A DNA stretch of 64,000 bases from Shigella phage SHSML-45. Numbering within the stretch: the first letter of the stretch is position 1; each line of letters opens with the position of its first letter. Shown one piece after another: positions 1-9,557 of this stretch. Position numbers and translations under genes: made by a program. The stretch lies in the sequence record KX130863. One strand, given 5' to 3'. Below the pieces are notes generated by a model that was not told the origin of the DNA, made no database searches, and saw nothing but the letters and a program-made list of their open reading frames with translations.

Positions 1-571
1 CTTGGATTACATCTCGATCCCATAAGTATGGTTCAACATGGTATCCAGGATGGTCATGTGGGTCTTCCTTAGCTGCTTCTACTTGTGCAATAAGGTTATC
101 CCATACTGGGGTTTCTACCTCATTACCACATTCTTTATACGTGAATGGTACACCACCATGAACAACACCATACTTCTTACCACGATGCAGCACAGTCAGG
201 AATACTGGAAGTTTTTCAGCCATGTCTTCGGCAATATTTTTAATGATATCTGTATCTAGTTCATTCATAGCCCACATACCACCGTTATACATCCAGTTAG
301 CCCAATCCCCTACAATCATAAACTGGTCATGATTTCCACGAACGCTACAGAAACGTGGATTATACAGGAATTTGGCTAAAACTTGTAGGTTTTGTGTGCC
401 TCGGTCAATTAAGTCCCCTACACATACAACGCAATCTTTCTTGCCGTTATAGCCAGCTAATTGTAGTGCATCTTCTAGTAAATCGTTGCATCCATGAATA
501 TCACCAACAAAGAATAAGTTAACATCATCAGGTACTACTAGTGTTTTATGCACATTAAATTCTTTTTTCAT
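1..571 (-). CDS. Ser/Thr protein phosphatase (calcineurin-like metallophosphatase), 3' end cut by window edge
   Basis: Reverse-complement translation from ATG at 571 gives MKKEFNVHK...FFVGDIHGC...CVGDLIDRG...VRGNHD, the GDxHG/GDxxDR/GNH(D/E) metallophosphatase motifs; not in the ORF track because it has no stop inside the window. Confidence 0.8.
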   Translation of the reverse strand, partial: MKKEFNVHKTLVVPDDVNLFFVGDIHGCNDLLEDALQLAGYNGKKDCVVCVGDLIDRGTQNLQVLAKFLYNPRFCSVRGNHDQFMIVGDWANWMYNGGMWAMNELDTDIIKNIAEDMAEKLPVFLTVLHRGKKYGVVHGGVPFTYKECGNEVETPVWDNLIAQVEAAKEDPHDHPGYHVEPYLWDRDVIQ

Positions 572-573
572 AA

Positions 574-819
574 TTATTCCCAAATAACATTTAAAATAGT
601 TGTACCATAGTTATTAGATAGTTTGAGAGTATAACCCTCTTTATAAATGGCTTTTATGGCCTCATAACTAATTTCATCACGGTTAAACTGCACATAAGAA
701 CCACCACATTCTACAGAAGATATAATCCGTCTTTTAACGTATCTATACGGTTTCTTTCTGCTCTTGAGAAGAGCAGCTCTATTAACTCTAGCTAAATGTT
801 TTGCTTGCTCTGCTAACAT
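574..819 (-). CDS. hypothetical protein (81 aa)
   Basis: ORF in the minus-strand gene array, tightly packed with neighbours. Confidence 0.4.
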   Translation of the reverse strand: MLAEQAKHLARVNRAALLKSRKKPYRYVKRRIISSVECGGSYVQFNRDEISYEAIKAIYKEGYTLKLSNNYGTTILNVIWE

Positions 820-823
820 TTAA

Positions 824-1201
824 TTATCTCCAATGGTTAGTATGTTTTTCAGCCTCTTCATCATTAGGCTCAAATACTACGTGGCAATCTACAGCTTCCC
901 AAAAGGCTTCACGGATTAAGGAGTTCTTAGCTGAAATATCTAACTCTTCCCACTCCTCTAAAGTCTCTAGGTCTGTATCAACTTCGGTATCACAGCCAAC
1001 CAAACCCAGAGACACAACAAGAGTAAGACGATCTTCACGTTCTTCGGGATAAACCTCAGCATACTCCCAAGCAGCTTCTTCAACATAATATTGTTGTTCC
1101 TTTTCTGGAAGTGACTTATACTTTTCCTCTGTAATACCCATCTCAACAGCGCGAGTACCACAAACTACGTTATTATTAATAATTAGATATGCATAGTTCA
1201 T
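824..1201 (-). CDS. hypothetical acidic protein (125 aa)
   Basis: ORF; E/D-rich; promoter-like TTGCTT-N17-TATAAT (minus) at 1259-1287 upstream. Confidence 0.4.
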   Translation of the reverse strand: MNYAYLIINNNVVCGTRAVEMGITEEKYKSLPEKEQQYYVEEAAWEYAEVYPEEREDRLTLVVSLGLVGCDTEVDTDLETLEEWEELDISAKNSLIREAFWEAVDCHVVFEPNDEEAEKHTNHWR

Positions 1202-1258
1202 TGGAATACTCCTATTTCTTGTAGTGCGTAGATAGCCTTCTCATCAATTTATATAAGT

Positions 1259-1287
1259 ATTATACCAAAATTTTTAGCAAAAAGCAA
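1259..1287 (-). promoter_or_regulatory. sigma70-like early promoter (TTGCTT-17-TATAAT on minus strand)
   Basis: Plus strand shows attata (1259-1264) and aagcaa (1282-1287) separated by 17 bp, followed (minus sense) by conserved ATAAATTGATGAGA leader and start of 824..1201. Confidence 0.5.
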
Positions 1288-1289
1288 GT

Positions 1290-1320
1290 AAAATAAAAGC
1301 CTGATCCGCTAAGATCAGGC
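1290..1320 (-). terminator. rho-independent terminator
   Basis: 8-bp stem gcctgatc/gatcaggc; on the minus transcript it is followed by UUUUAUUUU. Confidence 0.5.
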
Positions 1321-1328
1321 TTGGTTTA

Positions 1329-1625
1329 TTAATCCTCTGGATTATCATCCAGGAAATTTTTAATAGCTTCGTGCATAGTTTCTTTACGAAGCTGACGTCC
1401 AATCAAAATATGGTTAGCTTCTACTCGACCATTAGGTAAGCGATCTGCCAGAACTACTACAGGAACTTGGCGTACACCAAATTTCTGCATTAATTCTGTA
1501 TTATCAGTCTCTTTATGGACTTCCAAATTATATTCATTGACTACTTTATCAAACACAGGTTCGAAAAGAGCACAAGGACGACACGTGGAACCTTTTAATA
1601 AATAAATAACTTTGCTCATATACAC
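1329..1625 (-). CDS. thioredoxin/glutaredoxin-like redoxin (CxxC)
   Basis: KVIYLLKGSTCRPCALFEP...KFGVRQVPVVVL pattern resembles a thioredoxin fold with a CRPC active site; probable start at the 3rd codon (MSKVIY). Confidence 0.5.
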   Translation of the reverse strand: MYMSKVIYLLKGSTCRPCALFEPVFDKVVNEYNLEVHKETDNTELMQKFGVRQVPVVVLADRLPNGRVEANHILIGRQLRKETMHEAIKNFLDDNPED

Positions 1626-1632
1626 TCCTATT

Positions 1633-2172
1633 TTACTTGTTAAGCTCTTCTAAATCTGGTATATATCCAAGAAACTCCTCAATTAAAGCGTACTCCCCAG
1701 CAATCTCCTGTCTAGACTTATTTGCTAAGTCTACTGCCAGAGCTAAGTCTTCATAATTGAAAGTTCCTTTCATACGTTTTCGGCCTGTTTCATCCGTAAT
1801 TTGAACTCTCCATTTCTGCCTATCTTTAGCCCACATAACATTTGCATATCCAGATTTGGACTTTCTATGCTTCTTATTACGACAATTTTGTGGTTTAGAT
1901 GCAGAACGTAAGTTTTTCCATCGGTTATTTTGTGGATTTCTATCTATGTGATCCACAAATTCAGGTATATATCCTTCCATATATAGGAAGGCCCATCTAT
2001 GGGCTCCCTGCCTCTCCCCTTCCACCATTATCATTATGTAATCATTGTTGTATAGAGTTCCAGCTTCCATTCCCCTCTTTACATACTGATTATTACCATC
2101 TATCTTCCAGGTAAATATCCCGGTTTCTGGGTTATATTCTAGTAATTCTTTTAGTCTTTCTTGAGTAATCAC
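1633..2172 (-). CDS. HNH homing endonuclease (HNH plus AP2-like domain)
   Basis: MITQERLKELLEYNPETGIFTWK...AHRWAFLYMEGYIPEFVDHIDRNPQNNRWKNLR; paralogous to nine other ORFs in the window. Confidence 0.8.
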   Translation of the reverse strand: MITQERLKELLEYNPETGIFTWKIDGNNQYVKRGMEAGTLYNNDYIMIMVEGERQGAHRWAFLYMEGYIPEFVDHIDRNPQNNRWKNLRSASKPQNCRNKKHRKSKSGYANVMWAKDRQKWRVQITDETGRKRMKGTFNYEDLALAVDLANKSRQEIAGEYALIEEFLGYIPDLEELNK

Positions 2173-2573
2173 AATTTATTAATGGCCTCTAAGAAGTTTT
2201 TCATGCACTTAACAGTTGCGGTGCTCAGATCAAGATTTACACCCAAACACTCGGTTAATGCTTCCTGATAAGGAGCCTTTAATCTGCCTTCTGGGACTTC
2301 TACCTTCTTATATTCTTTATTTTTGACCTTTTTAATCATAGTCTCTAGTACAAGAAGCGGTAATTTAGCACCTTCAATATCAGTACCCAAAAGTTCAGTT
2401 AAAATTTTATTAAGATCAAGACGAGTTAACTTTTTGCCCTTAGACATAGTAGTTCCTGCCTTCTTCTCAAGTTTTTTACGCTCTGGTGAATCGAGGTCAC
2501 GTAATGCGATGTTCAACTCATATGGAGCCATGTTATAATGTTCCGCCATTTGAGTGTAGAAACGATCAGACAT
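2169..2573 (-). CDS. hypothetical protein (134 aa)
   Basis: ORF; its start overlaps the stop of the downstream HNH gene by 4 nt. Confidence 0.4.
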   Translation of the reverse strand: MSDRFYTQMAEHYNMAPYELNIALRDLDSPERKKLEKKAGTTMSKGKKLTRLDLNKILTELLGTDIEGAKLPLLVLETMIKKVKNKEYKKVEVPEGRLKAPYQEALTECLGVNLDLSTATVKCMKNFLEAINKL

Positions 2574-2648
2574 AATATATACCTCTCTTAACTAATTTAT
2601 GTATATATTATATAATAACTAGGGCTAAAAGTCAACTACTTTTTTATC

Positions 2649-3065
2649 TTAATCTACTACATGTATAAATCTTTTCCTAACTAGATACATAGTTATTGGG
2701 TAAATTGAGTACATAAGTATCGGGGAGAAAAGGGTGAAATACGCTGTAACTCCCCCAGCTAACATCAAAGGTATTAATGCTAGAGTAAGGGCCATAAGAA
2801 TCATACCGAATGAAACAGCCAAAGCTATGGATATAGGATTCTCTAGTTCCATCCATAACCAACAATATTTCGTATCTCTATGGCAATTGCATTTACAAAC
2901 GCCGAATGAACCCATAATTATATACTCTAGTCCGTGAATAACCTTTATTAATAAGCTATTTCGGGTAGTTAATGCAAGGATAGTAAAGACTATCATTAAA
3001 ACGAATACTACTAGACTTATTTTCCAGATACCTAGCAGCATCATAGTGAATAGTTCTGCAAACAT
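2649..3065 (-). CDS. multi-pass membrane protein, possibly lysis-associated
   Basis: Several hydrophobic segments; lies immediately downstream of the endolysin gene. Confidence 0.35.
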   Translation of the reverse strand: MFAELFTMMLLGIWKISLVVFVLMIVFTILALTTRNSLLIKVIHGLEYIIMGSFGVCKCNCHRDTKYCWLWMELENPISIALAVSFGMILMALTLALIPLMLAGGVTAYFTLFSPILMYSIYPITMYLVRKRFIHVVD

Positions 3066-3140
3066 GGCTTTCTCCTATCTTCAAAAATTATTAAAGCCCC
3101 CTTTGCCTAAAAAGGCGGGAATACTCCCGCCGTATCTTAC

Positions 3141-3554
3141 TTAAATCAATTCTATATGTGGGCCATCAAAAGTACCACGTTGGATTTCATCCTTATAACT
3201 TCCGTTCTGGTTCCAATCACCACCCCATCTAATCTTTACCCCTAGCTCTTCTGCTGCCTTAAAGAAGGCATCTGCCACTAATTTGAATGATTCTAAATCA
3301 TTCCAATCAATCTTCCCATTTTTAAGAGGAGCAAAGTCAACGGCCAGCCCTTGTACGTGTTTTGACTTGCTCGGGTCTTTTAAAAACGAGGTTCCATTCT
3401 TAATATTTTGGGCGCTTTGTTCTAAGGAACGTAATCCTTCTGTAATCGTAAAATCATATGGGCTTAATTCTAAAGCTCTATGAGTTACTCTTACTAAATC
3501 TGGATGAACACCCTTTAATCTATCTAAACTTCTTTTACCAAATTTAAAACTCAT
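3141..3554 (-). CDS. endolysin, L-alanyl-D-glutamate peptidase (M15/VanY-like)
   Basis: 137 aa; HVQGLAVDF and GPHIEL fit the zinc-ligand H-x6-D...H pattern of M15 peptidases; length matches the T5 endolysin as recalled. Confidence 0.7.
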   Translation of the reverse strand: MSFKFGKRSLDRLKGVHPDLVRVTHRALELSPYDFTITEGLRSLEQSAQNIKNGTSFLKDPSKSKHVQGLAVDFAPLKNGKIDWNDLESFKLVADAFFKAAEELGVKIRWGGDWNQNGSYKDEIQRGTFDGPHIELI

Positions 3555-4207
3555 ATTGATCTACCTAAAGATCTCTGTTGTGGGGAACAGAGCTTTGTTA
3601 AATACTCGTTAAATTTCTCAGAATCGGCTGCATCTACAGGATTATCTTTCCAAGCAATACCAATATATCCAGCATAGATATTGTTTAGATTGAAATAGGG
3701 ACAAGTGTATATGTAATTAAAAGTAACGTTCTTAAACGCAGGTATATTTAACCCCATGTATTTATTTACTTTTACACTTAAATCCGATGCGTAGTTAAAG
3801 CCTTCCAAGTGACGTCTATATAGCTCAGACGTTTTATTTACCGCTTTATCGGCCAAGTCAGCCCTATCTAATTGCGCATTGCTTTCCCATGCAATAATGT
3901 TAGAATAATCATTAATGGCATCGGGTTTATACTTGACGACAAAAACAGCATCCGCACCCGTTTGAGAAAAGAGTACCATGCTCTTTTCTCTAGCTACATT
4001 AGGAAAGTTATCTATCCTTTGAGTTTGAACATCCTGTAGAACCGCAGACGTGGAGAAAGTCTTTAAGAATGACATCACCTCGCTAGTATTACTAACAAAT
4101 AAGAAAATAATGACAGCAACTAAGATAGTTAGCAGACGTTTAAGAAGCGATGCTGGATCTTTCGCTTCTTGGAGCAGTACCGTTAATAATTGTAAGAACT
4201 TTTCCAA
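3551..4207 (-). CDS. membrane protein, candidate holin
   Basis: 218 aa with one N-terminal TM helix (ILVAVIIFLFV); directly upstream of and overlapping the endolysin gene. Confidence 0.35.
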   Translation of the reverse strand: MEKFLQLLTVLLQEAKDPASLLKRLLTILVAVIIFLFVSNTSEVMSFLKTFSTSAVLQDVQTQRIDNFPNVAREKSMVLFSQTGADAVFVVKYKPDAINDYSNIIAWESNAQLDRADLADKAVNKTSELYRRHLEGFNYASDLSVKVNKYMGLNIPAFKNVTFNYIYTCPYFNLNNIYAGYIGIAWKDNPVDAADSEKFNEYLTKLCSPQQRSLGRSI

Positions 4208-4320
4208 TTGTAACCTCCTCTAACCAGTACCATTATACTAATTTTGGAGGAAAATTACAATGTGTTTTTAAAGATCACTTCTGGAGCACAAAATTATGTC
4301 GTTGTCAAGAAGAATTTTAG

Positions 4321-4353
4321 ATAAAAGAAAAGCCAGGGTACTTAACCCTGGCT
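4321..4353 (-). terminator. rho-independent terminator
   Basis: Stem agccagggt/accctggct followed on the minus transcript by a U-rich run. Confidence 0.45.
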
Positions 4354-4362
4354 TAAAATTAC

Positions 4363-4962
4363 TTACTCTTCGTTGTGCTCCTCGGATTGAGGTAACTGAG
4401 CTTTATTATATTGCTCAGATCGATATTTTGCCAAGATTTCAGTACGCTTATGAATTTCCTTGCTATCTAGATAGATATTTTTGTTGTCTTTTACCATCTC
4501 GTCGATTTCATCTATTGAGAAGAACGGATAGTAGACATCTAGCATCATATCTTCTACAAACTTGTTGTAAGATTCATAGGCTTTCTTGATTTCTTGACCT
4601 TTCTCACAGAACCCGCCAGAGAACGTGTGCCCCATTAGCGTAGCATGTGGATGTACTACCCATCCATGACAAGATAGGAAAATTGTGCAGTAAGCAGAAG
4701 CACTAGGACCAATCAGGTGTCCTATAACTGTTCCACGGCAATTAGCAATTAAGTTAGATAACTGTGCAGCAGTATCAACATAACCACCTGGACCATTAAT
4801 CATCAGATTAATTTCGTCGTCCTCATTTGCCTGCATAAGTACCATTGATAAATCACGGTATTCATCCGGTGGGCCTAATTCTTCATCAAAGAAAAAGGTA
4901 TACTCGTTAGATTGGCGAATGGAGTGAAACAGGTTAGTCTTTTCTTCTTTTTTATTAGTCAT
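4363..4962 (-). CDS. ClpP-like serine protease
   Basis: INLMINGPGGYV and IGPSASAY resemble the ClpP INSPGG and GxSAS signatures. Confidence 0.55.
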   Translation of the reverse strand: MTNKKEEKTNLFHSIRQSNEYTFFFDEELGPPDEYRDLSMVLMQANEDDEINLMINGPGGYVDTAAQLSNLIANCRGTVIGHLIGPSASAYCTIFLSCHGWVVHPHATLMGHTFSGGFCEKGQEIKKAYESYNKFVEDMMLDVYYPFFSIDEIDEMVKDNKNIYLDSKEIHKRTEILAKYRSEQYNKAQLPQSEEHNEE

Positions 4963-4974
4963 AGCGATCCTTGA

Positions 4975-5727
4975 TTATCCAACTAGTGGTTCTAGCTCTA
5001 AGTCACAGAAGTTATAAACTTCTAGTTTAAGGTTATTGATACCATCGAATTTATTAACTAATTCGTGAGTAATATATTTTGCAGGAATACCACTTTCAGA
5101 TGGATGATCTGATTTAATAGTGAACTTCTGCTCAGCGGGTACTACATTTACTATCAAAGAATCCATATCTAAATGGTTTGTTTCTCTGAGTAACTCTCCT
5201 TCATTGGGGAATCTAACATCTGTTATTACGGCGACATCTGGGTCGTCTTTAGCGATGGATTGCTCCAGAATTATGAGCCAAATGCGTTCATGCACCAGCT
5301 GCCTTCCTAGCTCTGTCCCTACGAGCTGTAACATTTTTCTCGGAGAAATAAATAAACTATAAAGACCATCTTCTTTACTCTCTGAGATAAGTTGTTGAGG
5401 ATTAAGATATTTTTCCTCAAAAATAGGCCAAACGTACGAGAAGTCTTCAAACTTATCGATACCATACTTAACCCACACATCTCTAGCTCGCTCCAACTGA
5501 GATTGTGTGACCGTAAACCATTGGTCAATTTCTTTTCCCCTGCGCTCTCCTAGAAACTCTGGAGTTACCCCGAGGATTACGGATGCAAGCTCATAAACTG
5601 GTTTAGCAAAACTGTAACGACGGGGTAAACACGTTGGATACGTGTCATTACACCAATCGATAATTAATTTTGCAACGGTATCTTTTCCTGCACCTGCCTC
5701 GCCATGTAAACCTACTAATACTGACAT
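4975..5727 (-). CDS. deoxynucleoside monophosphate kinase
   Basis: N-terminal P-loop LHGEAGAGKDTVAKLI resembles the T4-type dNMP kinase GxxGxGKDT motif; 250 aa. Confidence 0.6.
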   Translation of the reverse strand: MSVLVGLHGEAGAGKDTVAKLIIDWCNDTYPTCLPRRYSFAKPVYELASVILGVTPEFLGERRGKEIDQWFTVTQSQLERARDVWVKYGIDKFEDFSYVWPIFEEKYLNPQQLISESKEDGLYSLFISPRKMLQLVGTELGRQLVHERIWLIILEQSIAKDDPDVAVITDVRFPNEGELLRETNHLDMDSLIVNVVPAEQKFTIKSDHPSESGIPAKYITHELVNKFDGINNLKLEVYNFCDLELEPLVG

Positions 5728-6080
5728 TAATCTTTCCTATTGTTAATGGGTGGATAGTAAATTAAGCAACGTTTTTCTTGTAAATCTTGGCGATAAAAGC
5801 AAACCATACTAGTCAATCGTGAGATATATGAATATTCTGCCTCGCGGCATTTTGCCAACATATTCCAATCTTTATATGGTACGACTACTACTACGCCATC
5901 CTCCCCATTTGTAGCTAATTTCTTTTCGAATTTGAAATCAAAGCTACAAGGTTGAAGTCCTTTAGGCCAGTCCACATGAGCTGTTGGTAGTTCATGGGTA
6001 GGTTCTGGCTTTATTTCTTGTGCACAGCCTGTGATTGTGATTGCGGCTGCGAGCAGTATTCCAAGTTTTATTTTGTGCAT
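5727..6080 (-). CDS. lipoprotein
   Basis: Signal peptide with lipobox LAAAITITGC. Confidence 0.5.
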   Translation of the reverse strand: MHKIKLGILLAAAITITGCAQEIKPEPTHELPTAHVDWPKGLQPCSFDFKFEKKLATNGEDGVVVVVPYKDWNMLAKCREAEYSYISRLTSMVCFYRQDLQEKRCLIYYPPINNRKD

Positions 6081-6766
6081 CTACGCACCTCATAATGTGT
6101 TTCTATGTATTGTTCCACTTCTACTGGAGAAACATTGAAAAACTCTGTACTTCCACTAAACCCCCCATAACTGCATCTTTTATTTTTATAGACACTATGT
6201 AGGTCAGCTTCGATCTTAGCTGTTTCTTCCTTAGAACCCTTGCCACAAATATAGTAAGATGATACTCTCAGATCTTTAAAACCACTACAAGACTTAACTT
6301 CTAGAAGTCTTTTCTGCACACTCTTACTTATACCTATTTTTATGCCTTTATCTGAAACAAATATGTATAAAAATCCTTGTGTATCCCAAGCTGTTTTGGC
6401 ACAATTTGGGCACCCACTATGGTGTAAAACGTGGTTAGTGGTTGTCTCCCACTGATGGGAACATGTATTACATAAAAACTTTAGCTTAGAAGTAGAATTA
6501 GTATATTCACTTAGTAATACGATTTTTCTAGGACTGAGGAGTGAGTTAATCCTGTCTTTGGTTAACTTTTCATTGCCTGCACATTTTGGGCATCCTCTAC
6601 CTTTATTTCTGACATTTGTAGGGGCTGTTAACCATGTATTAGAGCATATAAGACACTTAAATTGTGTCTTTGTCTTATTATGTTCATATTCCCCTACTAA
6701 TCTTACTGTCCTACCTTGAGCTTCTAAATCTTTATTAAAGATTTCTTTATTTATTTTTACGCTCAT
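6068..6766 (-). CDS. Zn-ribbon repeat protein with GIY-YIG-like (T5orf172-type) C-terminal domain
   Basis: Three CxxC...CPxC repeats followed by GFLYIFVSDKGIKIGIS; paralog of 31953..32816. Confidence 0.5.
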   Translation of the reverse strand: MSVKINKEIFNKDLEAQGRTVRLVGEYEHNKTKTQFKCLICSNTWLTAPTNVRNKGRGCPKCAGNEKLTKDRINSLLSPRKIVLLSEYTNSTSKLKFLCNTCSHQWETTTNHVLHHSGCPNCAKTAWDTQGFLYIFVSDKGIKIGISKSVQKRLLEVKSCSGFKDLRVSSYYICGKGSKEETAKIEADLHSVYKNKRCSYGGFSGSTEFFNVSPVEVEQYIETHYEVRRCTK

Positions 6767-7172
6767 CCCTACAGTACTCCAAGCTACCAGAAAGACATGC
6801 TAATCTTTCCTCGAATTCCTTACTCTGCTTTTTAGCAATTAATGTAACCAATCCAGGCTTTGCAGCTATAATATCTTGACGACTAAGTGCTTTATCAAGC
6901 TGATTAATTTTCTTGTCTAGATCTGCTTGCGAAACATTATTCATTGTGAAATACTGATTCATTCGAGTCTCACGAAGTTCACTCTCAGCCCTCACATTAT
7001 TAAGGGAAGTTTCTAGAGAAGAGATCTTTTTAGTAGCTACTGCAAGATCACCTGCTAGAGTCTCAACCTTATTAACTAAGTGATAAGCACCGAATCCGAT
7101 GCCTATCGCCAAACCAGCTCCCAGGATATACCACTTACCTTGCCATAGAGAACTAATAAAGTTTTTTATCAT
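6747..7172 (-). CDS. membrane-anchored coiled-coil protein
   Basis: N-terminal TM segment followed by heptad-rich sequence. Confidence 0.35.
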   Translation of the reverse strand: MIKNFISSLWQGKWYILGAGLAIGIGFGAYHLVNKVETLAGDLAVATKKISSLETSLNNVRAESELRETRMNQYFTMNNVSQADLDKKINQLDKALSRQDIIAAKPGLVTLIAKKQSKEFEERLACLSGSLEYCRDERKNK

Positions 7173-7849
7173 CTTTTCATATTCCTGAATGACGTAACCG
7201 TATCAAATCCATGTGCTGCTAGGCGGTCTTTATCAGAAATGGTAATAATATCTGGTTCTCCTGTTCCAAGTACGCCCCAGATATATTGTTCAATTCTCTG
7301 GTGTAATCGGTATAAGTTGCTTTCAACTTCCTGCCACGGAATACCTGATAGATGTAGGCGTGGGTTAGTTATAACCTTGAAATACTTATTACTATCTTTA
7401 TCATTTGGAACTACTGAGTCTAGAACCGCTAAAGGTACTCTTAACTCAGCTAAGGCTTCTTCAGCTTTAGAGGTAACTTCTTCTTGCCAGGATAGAATAG
7501 ATTCTTTTGGCTTTCCTCTATTTATATCTAGTAGAGAAAATCCCGTTGACCATCCATTCTCTTTCAAAACTTCTAATGCTTTGTCTAGGTTGAAAGTTTT
7601 TACTTGAGTATCCAATACATCAATATGGTACATCCAGTAAATCTCTCCTGCTAGGAAAAACGGTAGAATTTTAAAGTAGCCTTTCTTTTCACCAACACGA
7701 GCAATCATACGTTCTTGCATAATCATGTAGTTGCCATCATCTGGAGCCTTTATTGTTAGCTCTTCAGTTTTACGCTCCCAAGCACGATCGGGGTCAAACA
7801 AGCTGTTCTGCAAATCGTATACATCTGCCCATTTACTAATAATTCTCAT
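7169..7849 (-). CDS. hypothetical protein (226 aa)
   Basis: ORF, 4-nt overlaps with neighbours. Confidence 0.4.
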   Translation of the reverse strand: MRIISKWADVYDLQNSLFDPDRAWERKTEELTIKAPDDGNYMIMQERMIARVGEKKGYFKILPFFLAGEIYWMYHIDVLDTQVKTFNLDKALEVLKENGWSTGFSLLDINRGKPKESILSWQEEVTSKAEEALAELRVPLAVLDSVVPNDKDSNKYFKVITNPRLHLSGIPWQEVESNLYRLHQRIEQYIWGVLGTGEPDIITISDKDRLAAHGFDTVTSFRNMKR

Positions 7850-7852
7850 AGT

Positions 7853-8368
7853 TTATCCTCTAAATCCCTCGTAAATAGCAAATTCACCAAAATACTCGAA
7901 TCTTAACTCATTAGCAGTTTCTACTGCTTCTTTAAGATCACTAAAGATTCCGCCATAGATTGTTTTTCTATCTTTAGTAACAGAAACTTGCCACTTATTA
8001 GCTCTTTTATTCCAACTTACATTTTTGTAACCTGAAGTATTATTAGAGTACTTTGACTTATTGGCATTATTCTGTGATTCAGTAGACTCCCTCAAGTTAT
8101 CCCAAACATTATTTGTTGGGTTAATATCTTTATGGTCTATGTTTTCTGGTATATAACCTTTCTTATATAGAAAGGCTAACTGATGAGCATAGTAAGGTTT
8201 TCCATCAATTCTTATAGAAATATACCCATTGGATTTTCCACCAGCTAAACATCCAGCATGTCTGGCATTCCATGCATTATCTAACTCTTTTCTGAACTTC
8301 CACCTAAAATTTCCAATATGTTCATCATACTCCAGAATACTTTTTAGGTATTCTTGTGTTAATTCCAT
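7853..8368 (-). CDS. HNH homing endonuclease
   Basis: AHQLAFLYKKGYIPENIDHKDINPTNNVWDNLRE...YKNVSWNKRANKWQV; paralog family. Confidence 0.75.
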   Translation of the reverse strand: MELTQEYLKSILEYDEHIGNFRWKFRKELDNAWNARHAGCLAGGKSNGYISIRIDGKPYYAHQLAFLYKKGYIPENIDHKDINPTNNVWDNLRESTESQNNANKSKYSNNTSGYKNVSWNKRANKWQVSVTKDRKTIYGGIFSDLKEAVETANELRFEYFGEFAIYEGFRG

Positions 8369-8440
8369 AATATAATTGATCCTTTTGCCTCAATCTATAA
8401 ACATATTATACAATACTTGTGGCATCTGAGCAACTGAAAT

Positions 8441-8483
8441 TTTATTACAAAAATAGCCCAGTCGCAAAATTGCAGGCTGGGCT
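8441..8483 (-). terminator. rho-independent terminator
   Basis: agcccag...ctgggct stem followed on the minus transcript by a U-run. Confidence 0.4.
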
Positions 8484-8518
8484 TTGTCATTATTATTCTT
8501 GCTAGGAGGTGATTATCA

Positions 8519-8908
8519 TCACTCTTGTTTACTTAATTCTCTAGCACGACGTAGCGATCCAGCGGTTCTCCATAGTTTAATGTCGTCAACAACTTCTTTG
8601 TAGGGAGCAATAGTAAGACCTAGCGGCCCCGCTACCAACAGTCCAAAGAAACCAATTACACGCATGTAAAGCAAGCATTCTTTGGGAGTCATTGACTGGA
8701 CAGCCTGTCTTTCCTCAGCACTGTCGAACTCGTGTTCTTGATAGTCTAAACGTAGGTACTTAATAAACCATTCAGCAGAATATTCATCCAGATGACGAAT
8801 AACTGCAATAGCATAGCCTAAACCAATAATAAACCATGCTGCTACAATGAATAAAATAAAGCTCATGATATCTCCAGTTAAAGTTGAGGTCAGCGACCAA
8901 CTCACCAC
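8519..8908 (-). CDS. small membrane protein
   Basis: Hydrophobic N-terminus; probable start at the internal MSFILFIV. Confidence 0.35.
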   Translation of the reverse strand: MVSWSLTSTLTGDIMSFILFIVAAWFIIGLGYAIAVIRHLDEYSAEWFIKYLRLDYQEHEFDSAEERQAVQSMTPKECLLYMRVIGFFGLLVAGPLGLTIAPYKEVVDDIKLWRTAGSLRRARELSKQE

Positions 8909-8982
8909 TTACCGCACTAAGGGGCACGACTCCCTTATCCGTAACAGTTGCAGGTGACGCAACTCGGTCCTACGCGAGTTCT

Positions 8983-9267
8983 TTACTTGCTCTGCATTTC
9001 AGCGCGAAACTTTTTCATCTTACGAGTTTTACGGAAGAAGAAGTAAGTAGCTACTGGCCCGAACAAGGTGTCCATGATAAGCATACCTGACATAATGAAT
9101 TTGAACATCTTTTCATCGTCAAATTCTGCTAATTCTGGTGGACGATATTTGTTTATAACATAAAGAATAACATCTTTATTTTTAGAGATATACAGATCAT
9201 CAATCAGGCTGTAAATCGCGACAACTGCACCAATAACAAACCACAAAGCAAATGGAGAGATAATCAT
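8983..9267 (-). CDS. small membrane protein
   Basis: ORF with hydrophobic helices. Confidence 0.35.
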   Translation of the reverse strand: MIISPFALWFVIGAVVAIYSLIDDLYISKNKDVILYVINKYRPPELAEFDDEKMFKFIMSGMLIMDTLFGPVATYFFFRKTRKMKKFRAEMQSK

Positions 9268-9557
9268 TTAAGATCCTTTTCATCAATTAGAATAGTAACA
9301 AACAATGGTACACAACCTGGGCACAAATCTTTACCAAACTTTTCCATCACATCCCAAAGTGGTAAAGTAATCACACCATTCTTAACTCTAGGATCTGTAT
9401 ACTCAGCTATTCGTTTATTTGCAAAATCAGTAGCTAAATCTGAGTTATGCTCGTAGCTATAATCAGTCCAGAATTTAACATGATCCTTTCTAAGATATTC
9501 TAGTACAGCATCAGTTGCTGGAATCTGTACTAGACTGTTGAGATTTAGCTCTTTCAC
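9264..9557 (-). CDS. hypothetical protein (97 aa)
   Basis: ORF. Confidence 0.35.
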   Translation of the reverse strand: MKELNLNSLVQIPATDAVLEYLRKDHVKFWTDYSYEHNSDLATDFANKRIAEYTDPRVKNGVITLPLWDVMEKFGKDLCPGCVPLFVTILIDEKDLK

